The notes beneath the pieces are model-generated. The model saw only the letters and a program-made list of their open reading frames with translations. It searched no databases and was not told the origin of the DNA. Made by a program: the position numbers and the translations under genes. DNA of 63,415 bases, filler included, from Stramenopiles sp. TOSAG23-2 (taxonomy: Eukaryota), in assembly GCA_900128395.1 (NCBI GenBank). It is 9 parts of 9 records of this genome, joined end to end, with 100 filler letters (N's around TTAATTAATTAA, not from the genome) between each part and the next. Parts side by side here need not be neighbours in the genome. Positions count along the whole stretch, not along the records: positions 34,351 to 45,686 come from LT649942.1; positions 45,787 to 57,114 come from LT649943.1; 7 more parts are not named here. One strand, given 5' to 3'. Below are positions 35,317 through 47,956 of the stretch, piece after piece. Each line of letters opens with the position of its first letter. The first letter of the stretch is position 1.

Positions 35317-35970
35317 ATGGATAATGCCAAGGATGAGAAACCTGCAGCTACAGCTGGTAATATTATAGCAAAATATATTCCAATAGATGCAGAAGATGTA
35401 AAAATCAGAAAGTTGTGGGATAAAATGGATGCAGATCAATCTGGCACTCTAAATCACGCCGAGCTTAAAGAAGGATTTAAGATGCTTGTGAAGGATTTAT
35501 CTAAAGATCAAGTCACAAAATTACAAGCTGGTCTAGATAAGGACAAATCTGGTAGTGTAAATTATTTAGAATTTAAAGCGTTCTTTCAAAGGCACATAGG
35601 AAGTGGTAAGAAGAAAACAAAAGACGATGCGAAGGCTGATGAGCCACGAACCGGAGTGCAAACCAATGAAAATACGGACAACGCGGTACCCAATCTAATT
35701 GAAATTCATGTTACAAAGGGTTCATTAGGTATACAGTTAAACAAAATACCCGGTAGAAAAACAAGCTTATTAATCAAAAAAATAGATCCAAATGGCCCAT
35801 TAAAAGACAAAAAAAATTTAAAGCTTGGGTATGTGTTATATAGTGTAAATGACGAGCAATGTTATGAGAAGACGTCGATGGAGTGTATGCGTCAACTTAA
35901 AAGTGCTGGTAGACCAATCAAATTGAAATTTTGTCCTTTGAAGAGCCTGCCTACCACACCTCGCAAATAA
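35317..35970 (+). CDS. EF-hand pair plus PDZ-like domain ORF (possibly the 3' part of a larger gene)
   Basis: DADQSGTLNHAE, DKDKSGSVNYLE; GSLGIQL...LKLGYVLYSVND...RPIKLKF. Confidence 0.75.
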   Translation: MDNAKDEKPAATAGNIIAKYIPIDAEDVKIRKLWDKMDADQSGTLNHAELKEGFKMLVKDLSKDQVTKLQAGLDKDKSGSVNYLEFKAFFQRHIGSGKKKTKDDAKADEPRTGVQTNENTDNAVPNLIEIHVTKGSLGIQLNKIPGRKTSLLIKKIDPNGPLKDKKNLKLGYVLYSVNDEQCYEKTSMECMRQLKSAGRPIKLKFCPLKSLPTTPRK

Positions 35971-36139
35971 ATTAAATGATAGGGAGAGACAGAGGGGAGG
36001 GTATATTTTAATTTATTTCGTATCATAAAAAATTATTTTTTTTTTACGAACACTATAAATTATTACGTATTGTTGTACAATTGTACCATGTAGCATAGCT
36101 TATAACGATCTCATACGTTGTAACATTTTCTCGTGTTTT

Positions 36140-39100
36140 TTACAGTACCATCTTACTTAAGTCAAAAATATCAAGACCAAACTTTTCAATCTCTTCCACA
36201 AGTACTTCTGGCTTTCCTTCTGATGCTTTTCCAAGACCAAGGTACACATTTAAAAAGTAATTTACTAATTGTAAATCTTCTATATCATCTTGGGTCTCTG
36301 GGGGATTGCTGGTAGTTTTTAGATGATCAAAACACATACTTAATATATGCTCTTCTTTTGCCAATATATAGGCCAAACATGCACCAACTCGCCTTGAAAA
36401 TTTAAACCTTTCCGTCTTTTTCTTTTCAATCATCTCAGCATCAGACTGAGGTTTTAAGCCCTCAATAGTTGCAATCGAGGGTATGATAAATGGCAAACCA
36501 TATTTAATGCCTATTCCAGCACCAAATTGAAACAAAGTTGTATCATCAGCCTGTACACCCAAAACATCCCTTCTTTGGCAGTTTAATGTTTGTGATGTCA
36601 ATGCATCATAATATGCTATAGGATCTTGCCACATATTTGCTTGATATCCGGTACCTAACGTTTTGTTAGAGTTCACAGATGTACTTGATACACCTTTTGT
36701 ATTATCACTCATTCCCCCGTTACTCTCTTCCTTAACATCTTTCTCCGTGGCGTCATCAACTTTCTCTGAAAGATCATCGACTTTCTTTGCAGTGTCATCG
36801 ACTTTTTCTTCCTCATCTTCTTCTTCCAAATCATCACTTCCAAGAACTGGTAAGGGGCCCACACCATTTTTCAAACTTCGTTTCCATTCATCGTCTAATA
36901 ATTTCAATATATTAACCCATCCATCTAAACTGCCATTATCATTCTTTTTCTCATACGCCTTGAATGCCTTATTTACAATTTTAAACCACTTTTCATGACC
37001 ACCCTTAGCTTTATCAATACTAGTTTCACCAGTATTGATATCTTTGAAAGAGAATGCATCTTTCAACCCGCATGCACGTTCCATGTCAGCAATTTTTAGC
37101 TTGTTTCCGCTCGACGATGCAATAAAATACTTACATGCATGTTTGACTTGATCAGCATTTGTCAAACGTCCACTTATAATGTACGTCTTGATTTCTTGAT
37201 TTTGTTGTGTCTGAAGCTGATTATATTCATTTCTATCAACCACTTTTAGCAATTTCCTTTTGTCTGGATATTTGACGTAATCTTTAGCCAACGCAAAATC
37301 TCGATTCTTCCATAGATTGTTTTTTACACTCATCATATTAAGCCGAAATTTACGATAGTTAACGATTCCTTTCTGCATCTCAACTTGGGCCATTTTGTAG
37401 TCTAGCTCATTATAATATTGTACGCCAGTAGTAACATTAACTAAATCAATTCGATGTTTTGGTAATAAATTTATGCCAAGATAAATTTCGGCAAATACAA
37501 TTGGAAAAAATTCATGTCCCGGCCCCTTAATGGTCGAGCCTTTGCTAGTGCTACTGTACTCTCTTACATTTTCTTTTAATCGTTGAGTTAATAGCTTTTT
37601 CAATTTTATTTTCCTTGTAGTGTCAAGGGTTTTTTTGGATGGTTTCTTTTCTTGTACATCTTTCACCTGAGCTTTCAATGCTTTTGGAGTTGAAGGATTT
37701 CCTTCAAAACGCAACCTCTGGAGCCTCCAATTAGCAACTAGCATCATTGCAACCGACAAAGCACCTTCATCTTTAATTTGACACTGAGAGATGTCCAAAT
37801 CGGTTAATCCACCATGTTTAGAGCTAAATCGGTTATGTCGGTGACAAAGCGCCCTTGCAAGAACATGAGCCCCCCTGTTTCCAAGTGCCACACTTCGCAG
37901 CGATAAGCGTTTCATGGTTGATCTACCAGCAACACTGTGTATTAAGGCATTTAAACCATCCATTCGACCAAAACCCTTTGTAACTAATAAGTCTGCAATA
38001 TCATTTTCATCCATGATTAAGCTTTCCAAGCGACAACTACGACTACGTGGTTGAACTTCAACAACAGAACCAGGACTAATATACGTGCCTGTAAGAGAAC
38101 GTATTCTATATCTTGTTTCTTTGGCTGGTACGTCTCATTATTATTACCCTCTATCAAATACTCATGTGGAACCCATTCTGACATTTCATCGTCCGTCGTC
38201 ATTTGAATTTTCATGGAGCTTTCGTTACGACATGTGCCACGAAATTCTATATATCCTCCAGGCATCTCCTTAGATTCATCACCTTCAAATAACCCTAAGG
38301 GTACCAATTTGGACGCATAAGCGGGGTTTCGTTTGTATTTATTATATTCGGTTTTATCATAATATAGATATTCAGCTTTTGCTTGAGTTGGATCGTTCGC
38401 AATAACTACATCATCAATACGCTTAGTTATTATCTTCAAATACATTACCTGCGCCATTCCTTGCTCATTATCCCTTAAGGAACCATCGTCATTCTTTAGT
38501 ATATAAGCTTGTCGGCTGTGGCGTATGCGCACACGCAAATTGTGCTTTACCATGTAAGAGGAAGGCAAGGAAACACAGCTTCTCTCAACTATAGGATATA
38601 TCTGTTCATTAGTAGTGTCGTAAATCTGCTCCCCCCATTTTTCACGCCATTTTGCATCTGTTTTTGTCCATATGGGCATGACTTGCACATTTCTCCCATT
38701 ATCAAGCTCCCGTATTACTTCACAACGAATGTATCCTGGGCGCTGCCGTCTTACAAACACAGTATCACCAGGAGAGTTACCTTCTCTCGGTTTCAATACA
38801 ATTAAATCGTATGGTATACCAGCCATATAGGTTTTATCCTTCAGCTGAACATCTAGTGATTCGTTATAATCTACAAGGTTATAGAATGTTAGTATAGTTG
38901 CGGTTAAAAATAGCAGTAGTGTTAACAATGTCAGAATATGGTAAAGGAATGTGGGAAATTATTTTATAATACCTACCTTTAATAATTCCAATTTGATATT
39001 GTGCAATGTTCTTCGCTAACATTAAGGCACCTAAACCTGTAATGGCATTTCCTCTTAAATCTAAATGCTTCATTGACGGTTGGTTAGATAACACTCGCGA

Positions 39101-42100
39101 TAGTTTACTGACACCTTTATCACTTAAATTATTAGCGCCAAGATCCAGAGACGTTACCGTTTGATTTGTAAACAAGCCTTTTGCCAGAGCATCGATACCA
39201 TTAATACCTAGACCACACGCTCTTAAACTTAACGTAGACAACAGTGGTTGCGGTTTCAGAAATACAGACATAACCGGAGCTTTGAGGGTAGAATACTTCT
39301 TGTAAAAAGCTTTTACTTGTTCTTCAACTAGTGCATCTTTGCTCTCTTCCACACTTTCGTCCGTATCAAAAGCTTCTGTACCCGAATTAATAGAAATACC
39401 AGTAAGCAAAACTTGTAGAGCTTTTGCACCATGTACACCTATATCCGTATAATTCAAATTTAAATGAGTAATCAAAGAGCGACATTGCAAGAATAGCTCC
39501 ACCATGGATGACTTATCAAATTCCTTCGCTTCAGCTGTTTTGACAGCTTCGACATCTTCTGCTGGCACGGTAATCGTCTTCTTGATATCCTTGCCGTCCT
39601 CTATCGCCCGTAAAGTTTTCGCTGTATCACGTCGGACGTCATAGGTACCATCATTTACTAACATGACCGTTCCATTTTCTTTACGGTGTACCCAGCCTTT
39701 CATCCCCTCTTTTAAATGGGAAATAGCATATGGTGTAACTAATGATAAACTTCGTTCCCATACTTTTGTTGCGCCTTCTAACACATTTATATTTTTCAAC
39801 GTTGTCATTCTTCTATTAGGTGGCAATTGTCTAAGAAGCCCCACTACCCTGCGCAATGCACAGAATGCTACAAAGAACATGTGCTCTCGTGTTGAATTTT
39901 TATACTCACTATAAAAATTAGAATTCATCTTCTCAAACTCTGTTGTTTCACTATCCGTCAGCAAGAACGAATAATTGTTGTTCCATTGCCACAATTGATC
40001 TTCTACATAAATATTATAACCACTTCTAAAGTCACCCGATCCATGCATACGCAAAAACGTTTGCAACGTATTATTGAAGTTATTGTCTTTAACGACTTTC
40101 TCCTCGTTCCCGTAAACCGCTTTCTGAATAAAACAAATCATGGGAACAAGATCACCATTTGCATGCTTCCATTTGGTATTAACAAATCGACCATTTTTAT
40201 CGGGATTATTCACAAATTTTTTAATATTCATTAAATTATCTTGACTGACAGCCTCCTCTTTCCCCGTTTCCATGTTGTAGAACAAACACTTATGCTTCCC
40301 GAAGTTCCGAGCTTTCGACATACTTTTAATGCTATTTTTGATACTATTCGTATCCATATCATCTACACTCGTAATCAAACATTCCGCACCTTCTAAAATG
40401 AACCTGGTAAGATTTTCGGCACGCCCAACGTCATCGCTAACAGTAGAAGTGTCCTTACTCATGAAGATTTCCCATACTTGAAACTCTAGCATTGGCCTTC
40501 CGCCTTCAGATTCAACTCGTTTATACTTTTTGAACCAGGAGTCACCACCGCCATTACCACCAGCGCTTTTTTTTCTACCTTCCTCCACGTCATAATCTAC
40601 CATATCACTGTATAACGAAGGCATATTACCAATATAAGGTCCTTGCAAGGTTATATTTGAGCTTGCATCAGACCACGTTTCTTGTGTTGGAGGTGGCACT
40701 TCAGTCCATGCTGATCTCTGCCTTTGTGGCTCTGATCGTAAACGATCCTCTTTTTCCTCTTTTAACATATAATATTTTCCGTTATGATATACAATATCAT
40801 GTTGGTTGTACTCTCGCGACTCAATATCCGTGTTATAATTACCTTTAAATGACAACGTACTTTCATACATTTGATTTTTGAATTGAGAAAGAAATTCTTG
40901 TGAAATCCCTCTGCCTTCGCCCTCTTCTGCCGCCATTTCTGGGTCTATTCCAAACGGATGTACAATTACAATAATTGGTATATTACTCAATTTTTGTTTG
41001 TCATAATCAGAAAGATTTCTGTTTCTAGCAAACACCCTATCGTTCTTGAAAAATTCACATGCATTATATCTATGATTTGAGTCCGAATTAGACTCATTTC
41101 TTAAATTCATGTTGTCAAATTCTATCCTATAATGGTATAGCGGAATCGGTTTTGTAACAGTTGCCTCTGGCATTTTATTTTGATTTTCGTCCTCATCCTC
41201 TAAATTCAAATCAAGGAGCTCATCCATAGATGGTATTTCTATTTTTGGAATTTCAAGAGGTGGCATCATCTCCTCACCCAGTTGAAACGTAAAATCTAAA
41301 AGCTCATTCGTATCACTTGCAAAGGCACCGTCCGGTTTATCATATGGGATAACGTTTAAAATAACGCAAGTTCGCAAATGGCCATCATTCCCACCAACTT
41401 TTATTGCAGCTCTGGCACCTGGTTGTGGCAAACATATTGACATAGGATCACAATTTGTAAGTATTTCACCTGTGCTCAATAACTCGACGTCAAAGTCATA
41501 TTTTATGGTTTCCATTTTGCTTACTCGTTTTGCCTTCAACATGTTCGTTCTTATAGAGTTTTTTGTATCGCTTTTGGATTTGATGCTTTCATTGATTTGT
41601 ATCTTTTTCACGCTATATGACATTGGTAGTTTACACCACTTATTTTGTAACGCTAAAGGAACGCGGATACCACTTACAGTACACTCTTTCATTTCCTGTC
41701 CAGCATACTTTCTACACCACCTTGTCCCGTACGTAAAACTAGTGGTTAACACTTCATCACCTGGAGCTAGCACGTAAATTTGATGTATATTTGTGCGTCC
41801 ATCAATATCTAAGGTAAAACCTTTATTTTTTTTGTGTGTCTCTTGGTCGTTGTTTTCTCGCTCATCCAAATGTCGACATTCAACAGTGTATATATCTGTT
41901 TCTTTGTCATACCCAATAACATGGCCGTAAAAATAATGATATGGAAATTTTGAATCAGCTGTAAAACGGCTCCGTACATGAACCATCGCCTTATTTGTAG
42001 CCTTTAAAGTATTTGGATCAATTCCAGGATTTCTTGTTGAGTCAGCCTTAACATCACCTTTAAAAATAATAGACAATAAGTTTTGTTAGTAAGAAAGTAT

Positions 42101-45100
42101 AAAAATTTAAAGAAGTGTATTTCAGAGGTATCATATACTATTATGGATCTTGAGGTTATACTTACATGGCCATAATTTAAGTGCAGACACTTTCTCCATT
42201 GTAAAACCGTTTTCGAATCGAATGTCATACAGATATTGATATGGCATATCCGTCGGTTTGTTATGTCTTTTTACAATCTTTGCTTTATCACTTAATCGGT
42301 ATCCTTCTAAATTTGGATTGGCTGGCTTCGAGTCCAAATATTTATGCACCATTTTCAATTTACGTGCAGAAATCGCAGATATAAGATCATCTTCAGGCAA
42401 TTGCGTCTGCTCCAACTCGAATTGTACTTTCAACGTATCTTTTCCAAGAGCTTGAATTTTCTGTGTCAACTTATTTTCGCTTTCATCATCGTCATCTTGA
42501 TCTTCTTCTTCACCACTCATTTCTTCGCCATTCAAAAATTTATATTCGATCTCTTTATCAATTGAAGGGAAAAGTCCATATGGACGCGAATGGGCAGGTC
42601 GAAATTCATTATTTGTACATACGTAACCATCTATTTCTGTAATATCGTACTCCTGCAACACATGAAATGGTGGTAATGGGTAATAGGCTTGAATGTCATA
42701 CCCACGCTTACAATTTTCAAATATTTTGCCAACAAGTCCCTCAAGATTTGGACAACTTGAAGTAGGTCTATCAATAATCTCCACATTATACTTCCAATGA
42801 GTAAATGGGATCAAACCAAAAATATCATGGTAAAGTCCTGGTCCTATCATTTCTGATTTATCCCCATTTGTAATTTTTATTATTCTTGCTATTGCAATCC
42901 GTTTACCATTTTTTGGATCTTTCTCCCCAAGATCATTTAATCGTATTAATACATGTCGGAAATCATCCTCGTCATCAGGTATTTCATTCTCATCTTCTCG
43001 CAACATTGGATCTGGCGGGTATACACTTTCGTTATTTGCTTTGTCGTAAAGCTCCTGGTCTTCCTGTAGCAATTCCACACTGATGGCACTAAATTTTAGC
43101 TCTAATTCAGGATTTAACCAAATATCCTCGCGTCTCACGCCACTTTGTTCTTCCCCATTACCCAAGAGGAGATCGTAAGTATTATTATTTACAATACGGA
43201 TACGAGACGGAACGCAAATGTCACCATAATCACGAACGCGGATAGTGTCATTTCTTTTTAACCCGGGCATAACACGAATCCAGCTACTTTTCGCAATTGT
43301 TGTTGAGGTTGATTTACTTTCTTCCCTGTCACCAAAAGCGTTATTATCAAGTGGTAATAAATCGTCATCGAAAAATTTTTCGGTGGCATTTAACTTCAAA
43401 AGTCCTTTACCGTTTTCTTTGTCTTTTGTAAACATTACATTTTCAAACGCCTTCATACGCCTGTAGTAGTGAAACGAGTAGATTAGATTTATTATGTGGT
43501 ATATAATATAAAAAGTATGTATTTATATTGAGGGTTAGTAAGAAAAAGATATTTTCTGAGTATTTTTGGATAATATTTAGGCGATTTATTTATTTATGTG
43601 TGTGTGTGTGTGTAATAATTAAACATACAATTGATCCCATTCATTTGTTCCAGGGCGAAGTGGTGCTGCACGCGTGTAACTTGGCGGTCCAATTTCTGTT
43701 GGTGCTTTTTTTTCTGAAAATATGACACAATCACGCTTACGTTCTAAGCTGTAGGGTAAAAAACGTTTCTTAATAGCATACATATCCAATTCAATCTTTT
43801 CATCTCCCACGTCATCCTTATTTTTACTATTGGTATTATTCTCATCTTTTTCTATCACGGCAAATCCACCTTCCGTGAATCCTTGATCCAATCCACCAAA
43901 TTGCAATGCAAGACGATTTACGTTGTAGCTTATACAGCCATCATGATGAATAATATCATGAACACTTCGCTGCATTCCTTCTTGTTGATCTAAACCAGCA
44001 CCTTTTGGTTTACGAATATCCAATACTATTCCTTCATACTCATCTTGCCTTTTCAGGTTGCTCTCAATAACATCAGCATCTTCCGCACGAGCTGCAAGAA
44101 CTTTAGCCTGGCGCATCTCCATATGGCGTTTTAGCTCTTTCATCCAAGGATTACTCCCTCTCCTTGTCACGCGCAAGTTAGCCAATAAATACTTTAACGG
44201 CACTGGGTACACGACACCTTCATGGTCTTGTGGTGTTAAGGAAACACTTTCAATACCTTCGGCTTCGAATACAGAGATTCCGAAGCCAATCCCAGCAGCC
44301 CCACCATTTAACTTGCGTTTTTCCATATATAGTTTTTTCAAATCTATTTTCAATTGTCGCTTTAATTCATCTGCTTTGGAATCAAAGTCATCATTTTTCG
44401 CTGGTATGAAACTTTTTTCATCTTCGATCCATATTAAAAATACAAAACAGCGTGATTGCTGATCCCACCATGAATCTTTTTCCGTTTGACTTTCGGCATC
44501 ATTTAAACGCACGATATACGATTTTTTTCGCAATCCTAAATTTAATATTTTACACGTCGCTATTGTATCAATCAACTCACCCACAGAGACCAAACGAGTT
44601 CCAAATGCATTTTTTACTTCAATCATAACTTTCGCAACAATACTTCCAGCAGGCACAAAAACTTTCACATCAGAGACCAAAGGTACTAATCTTTCCCTAG
44701 CATTTAATCCCGCAGTGAAGAACCCATGATCCTTTCTTCTGCCCATTTCGATTTTTGACGCCAAGCGAATCACCTTTTGTCGAATATTCTTCTTCTTTTT
44801 ATTACTGTTACTACTTACGCCAAATCCTTCTTTTGCTAAATTATCTGATACACCAAATTTTTTTTCCATGAGAGATAATTTACAATCATTTTTTTCCTCA
44901 TCATGAAAGGAACACGAAGATGATGGTACGCCAGGGAGAAATTCACCATTATTCAGCATTACATTGAATGTATGATTTGGTGCACGTGCAACTAAAATTT
45001 GGACAGCTTGAAAGACTTTTAATCCTTCACTCCCGCCGCCTAAAGATAATGGCAATTTTGCTCTGACATGAGAAAATGGTGTCAGTACATTCGTTGTATT

Positions 45101-45634
45101 TTTATTGGACGTATATCCTTGTTGCTCATATCGATATGTTATTGAAGCTTGGTATGATAAATCAATTTCTTTAATATTACACTTTAAAGGATGATTGGCT
45201 TTCTCTTTGCTGGCATTGATATTTTGCGGCAAGTAGCGCAACGCAGTTGCAATGGTGTAAATAGCATCTGCGCATATAACTTGATCTTTGTCGCAATGTT
45301 TGGTGGGATCAAATTTAGTTGTATTTGTATCGTTAGATATAATATTTAACAGTGCTTTGTCGAATAATTTATTAGGCTCCCGATTGGATAATATAGCTAA
45401 GGAAGCAACCATTCTGTCTGTATAATCATCTTCATCGCGTATGATCGTTTGGTATTTTTCACGGTTCAGAAAATATTCATATGGCTTCCTCCATGTTTTT
45501 GGCGGTATGACGTGTCGCGATGAGCTTGTTGATGGCATATTATCATCCAAAAGAGCACCTAAAAGGGATATTGAGTTATTATTATCCTTTCTTTCTAAAC
45601 CATCCTTATTTGTTGTTGATGTAGTTGTTCCCAT
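36140..45634 (-). CDS. Single spliced ~3017-aa protein with RI-like leucine-rich repeats interspersed with Tudor/SH3-like barrel modules (exons 45634-43629, 43460-42166, 42057-38977, 38870-38148, 38088-36140)
   Basis: Four GT-AG introns join five ORFs in frame; LRR motifs LSTLSLRACGLG, VTSLDLGANNLS, MKHLDLRGNAIT, LTDLDISQCQIK; MGTTTS start. Confidence 0.8.
38089..38147 (-). other. Putative 59-nt intron (or an indel frameshift)
   Basis: GTAATA...TTACAG restores the frame; no TACTAAC. Confidence 0.5.
38871..38976 (-). other. Spliceosomal intron, 106 nt
   Basis: GTAGGT...TACTAAC(38894-38888)...TAG; joins ORFs in frame. Confidence 0.88.
42058..42165 (-). other. Spliceosomal intron, 108 nt
   Basis: GTAAGT...TACTAAC...AAG; joins ORFs in frame. 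Confidence 0.88.
43461..43628 (-). other. Spliceosomal intron, 168 nt
   Basis: GTATGT...TACTAAC(43540-43534)...CAG; joins ORFs in frame. Confidence 0.88.
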
Positions 45635-45786
45635 AGTTAATTGTCTTTCTTTCTATATATATATTACAATATGATAGATGATGTGTNNNNNNNNNNNNNN
45701 NNNNNNNNNNNNNNNNNNNNNNNNNNNNNNTTAATTAATTAANNNNNNNNNNNNNNNNNNNNNNNNNNNNNNNNNNNNNNNNNNNN

Positions 45787-46360
45787 TCTTCAATGTCGGC
45801 ATAATTTTTCATTGCATTGTATATGCAATGAAATGATTCTTTGTTATTCAAAAGATATAGACGATTATCATCTTCCGTTTTTGATGAGGATGTTGCTAAT
45901 AAACTAAATGCTAAGCATGTACAACATCATTGTTATCTTTACAAAGCCAACGTAAAACTTCTCCAGAATATTGAATTGTATGAATGTCTTGTACGAATGT
46001 TTTCATTCTGTATAATATTTGTTCATATGCATTATTTTCAATCAATGCTTTTCGTCTAGCATCATTTTCAGCAAAATATATCAGTGACTTTATGCAATAT
46101 GAACATGCTCGTACATTGTTGATTGACTTCAAATCATTTAATACTTGTACACTACCGCTATCATTAAAGGTGTAGTTCTTTCGTTGTTAAATTTCTAATG
46201 AAACTTGAATCATTTTATGCGGATTACATCTTCTAGAATATTTATGTTGTGCGGATCTCAAACTACCCAGAGATCTACCGAAAACAGATAATCTATTGGA
46301 CCAATTGTGAGACATTGGTTCTTCTTTTGGTGGTTTTTTCTTTATAATACGTATAGACAT
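45787..46360 (-). pseudogene. Disrupted ARM-repeat-like gene
   Basis: ATG 46360, in-frame TAA at 46187-46189, helical repeat-like reading continues, frameshift near 45912, runs off the contig. Confidence 0.5.
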
Positions 46361-46436
46361 ATAGATAAAATAAAATAGAATTTATATAGATAAAAAAGTA
46401 ATTGAAATTCTATGCTGAAACTATTTTTAAAATACC

Positions 46437-46694
46437 TTAATTATACAAAGAAGTATATTGAATAAGTCTATCATGATATAAATCATAACATTCTTTGTGT
46501 GCAGGGTTTTCCATGTTATTCACATGCTGACTACAGAAATTGTAAATTGTAGTCCATCGTCTATCCATAATCTCTGGTGCCGTATGTGCTACCGAATCTG
46601 CCATTCTGTTTAAGGTATTTGTCATTTCATTGTCTTTTAATGCTTCTCTCATTAGCCGTAAAGTTTCTAGAATGTATAAACGCTTATTATCCAT
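46437..46694 (-). CDS. Small hypothetical protein (85 aa)
   Basis: Clean ATG-TAA ORF with protein-like composition; no family recognised. Confidence 0.55.
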   Translation of the reverse strand: MDNKRLYILETLRLMREALKDNEMTNTLNRMADSVAHTAPEIMDRRWTTIYNFCSQHVNNMENPAHKECYDLYHDRLIQYTSLYN

Positions 46695-46833
46695 TTAATT
46701 AAAGCCATAGCTCTTATATACGGCAAAATAAAAAATTGTCATAATACTAATTCCATGTTAATTAAAAAGCCATATACTAATTTTCTCTATATAAGTATAA
46801 ATGGACATCATAAAAAAATATTTTATTTTTTTT

Positions 46834-46892
46834 AAAAAGTTAATGCCGCCCACCACGTATCTTAGATACGTGGTGGGCGGCATTAACTTTTT
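46834..46892. repeat. Perfect palindrome, 29-bp arms with a 1-nt centre
   Basis: aaaaagttaatgccgcccaccacgtatct-t-agatacgtggtgggcggcattaacttttt. Confidence 0.97.
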
Positions 46893-46974
46893 GTTTTTTT
46901 TTTCATATGATTTTTATATTTTATATATTATATTATTATGGGAATAGTATTATACCATGGCTATAGTATTATTA

Positions 46975-47892
46975 TTATGCAACCATTTTTGCTTTTAAGG
47001 CAGATTGGTGTTCATAACCCTTTAATTTAATCTCTGAAAAATTTACATCCCTTAATCCATCTTTCTTTCTATGGATGGCGATGGTAGGTAATCCGTATGG
47101 TATACGTTGTGTTTGTATGGTAGCCACACCAACATGGTTCTCATAAATATGTGCATCTCCTATAACAATACGGACCGACCCTACTTGAAGATCACATTCA
47201 TGTGCTATCAAATGGACCAGAAGGGCGGTGGATGCTATATTGAAGGGTAGACCTAAAAAGACATCTGCTGACCGTTGGTACATTTGACAGAATAATTTCC
47301 CGGATTGGACATAGAATTGATACGACACATGGCAAGGTGGTAAACACATCTCTTCTTCGTCCATTGGATTCCATGCCGATAAATAGATTCTCCTTGAATG
47401 TGGATTGGTCTTTATCATATGAATAATCTTTTCAATTTGATCAATCCCTTGTCCAGTATAATCCTCTTTGCAGGAGATGTAGTCTGCTCCAAAATGTCTC
47501 CATTGGAACCCGTAGACAGGACCAGCATCAAAATTTCTATCCTTTGTATTGCCATCCCATATATGATTGTTGTGTTCATGGAGTTCCGTCACATCAGTGG
47601 ATCCTCTGAGAAACCACGCCAATTCGGTGACAATACCTTTAAAAAACATCTTTTTGGTGGTCAATAAGGGGAATCCTTTGTTTCGCAATGGTTTCACATC
47701 CTGTATTTTTTTCACAGCAATATGATCTTTTAACACATCGACCATGATGCGGGTCATCTCCAAACTGAGCATGTTGAAAAAATCTTGGAACTCCACATAC
47801 GATAAAGAGTTTGACTGTTGTAATTTTTCGTGTTGTTTCGTAAAATTATTACACTTGTCACAACTGTTTCGTAAAATTATTACACTTGTCAC
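46975..47892 (-). CDS. thyA: Thymidylate synthase (ThyA type), stand-alone, with non-homologous N-terminus
   Basis: GFPLLTTKK, GPVYGFQWRHFG, SAWNP, LPPCH, YQRSADVFLGLPFN, GDAHIY; DRTG motif and DHFR domain absent. Confidence 0.85.
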   Translation of the reverse strand: MTSVIILRNSCDKCNNFTKQHEKLQQSNSLSYVEFQDFFNMLSLEMTRIMVDVLKDHIAVKKIQDVKPLRNKGFPLLTTKKMFFKGIVTELAWFLRGSTDVTELHEHNNHIWDGNTKDRNFDAGPVYGFQWRHFGADYISCKEDYTGQGIDQIEKIIHMIKTNPHSRRIYLSAWNPMDEEEMCLPPCHVSYQFYVQSGKLFCQMYQRSADVFLGLPFNIASTALLVHLIAHECDLQVGSVRIVIGDAHIYENHVGVATIQTQRIPYGLPTIAIHRKKDGLRDVNFSEIKLKGYEHQSALKAKMVA

Positions 47893-47956
47893 AACTATAT
47901 CTTCTTTGGTATTTGTACTTTTCCGTAGTGTTATGATAGGAAGTAAAGAAAAGTTG

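Noticed and set aside
36140..45634. Operon-like or programmed-frameshift series of ORFs
   Set aside because: Explained by canonical in-frame GT-AG introns
46187..46189. In-frame TAA as a sign of an alternative genetic code
   Set aside because: TAA terminates many intact genes here and the same ORF also has a frameshift, so it is a pseudogene
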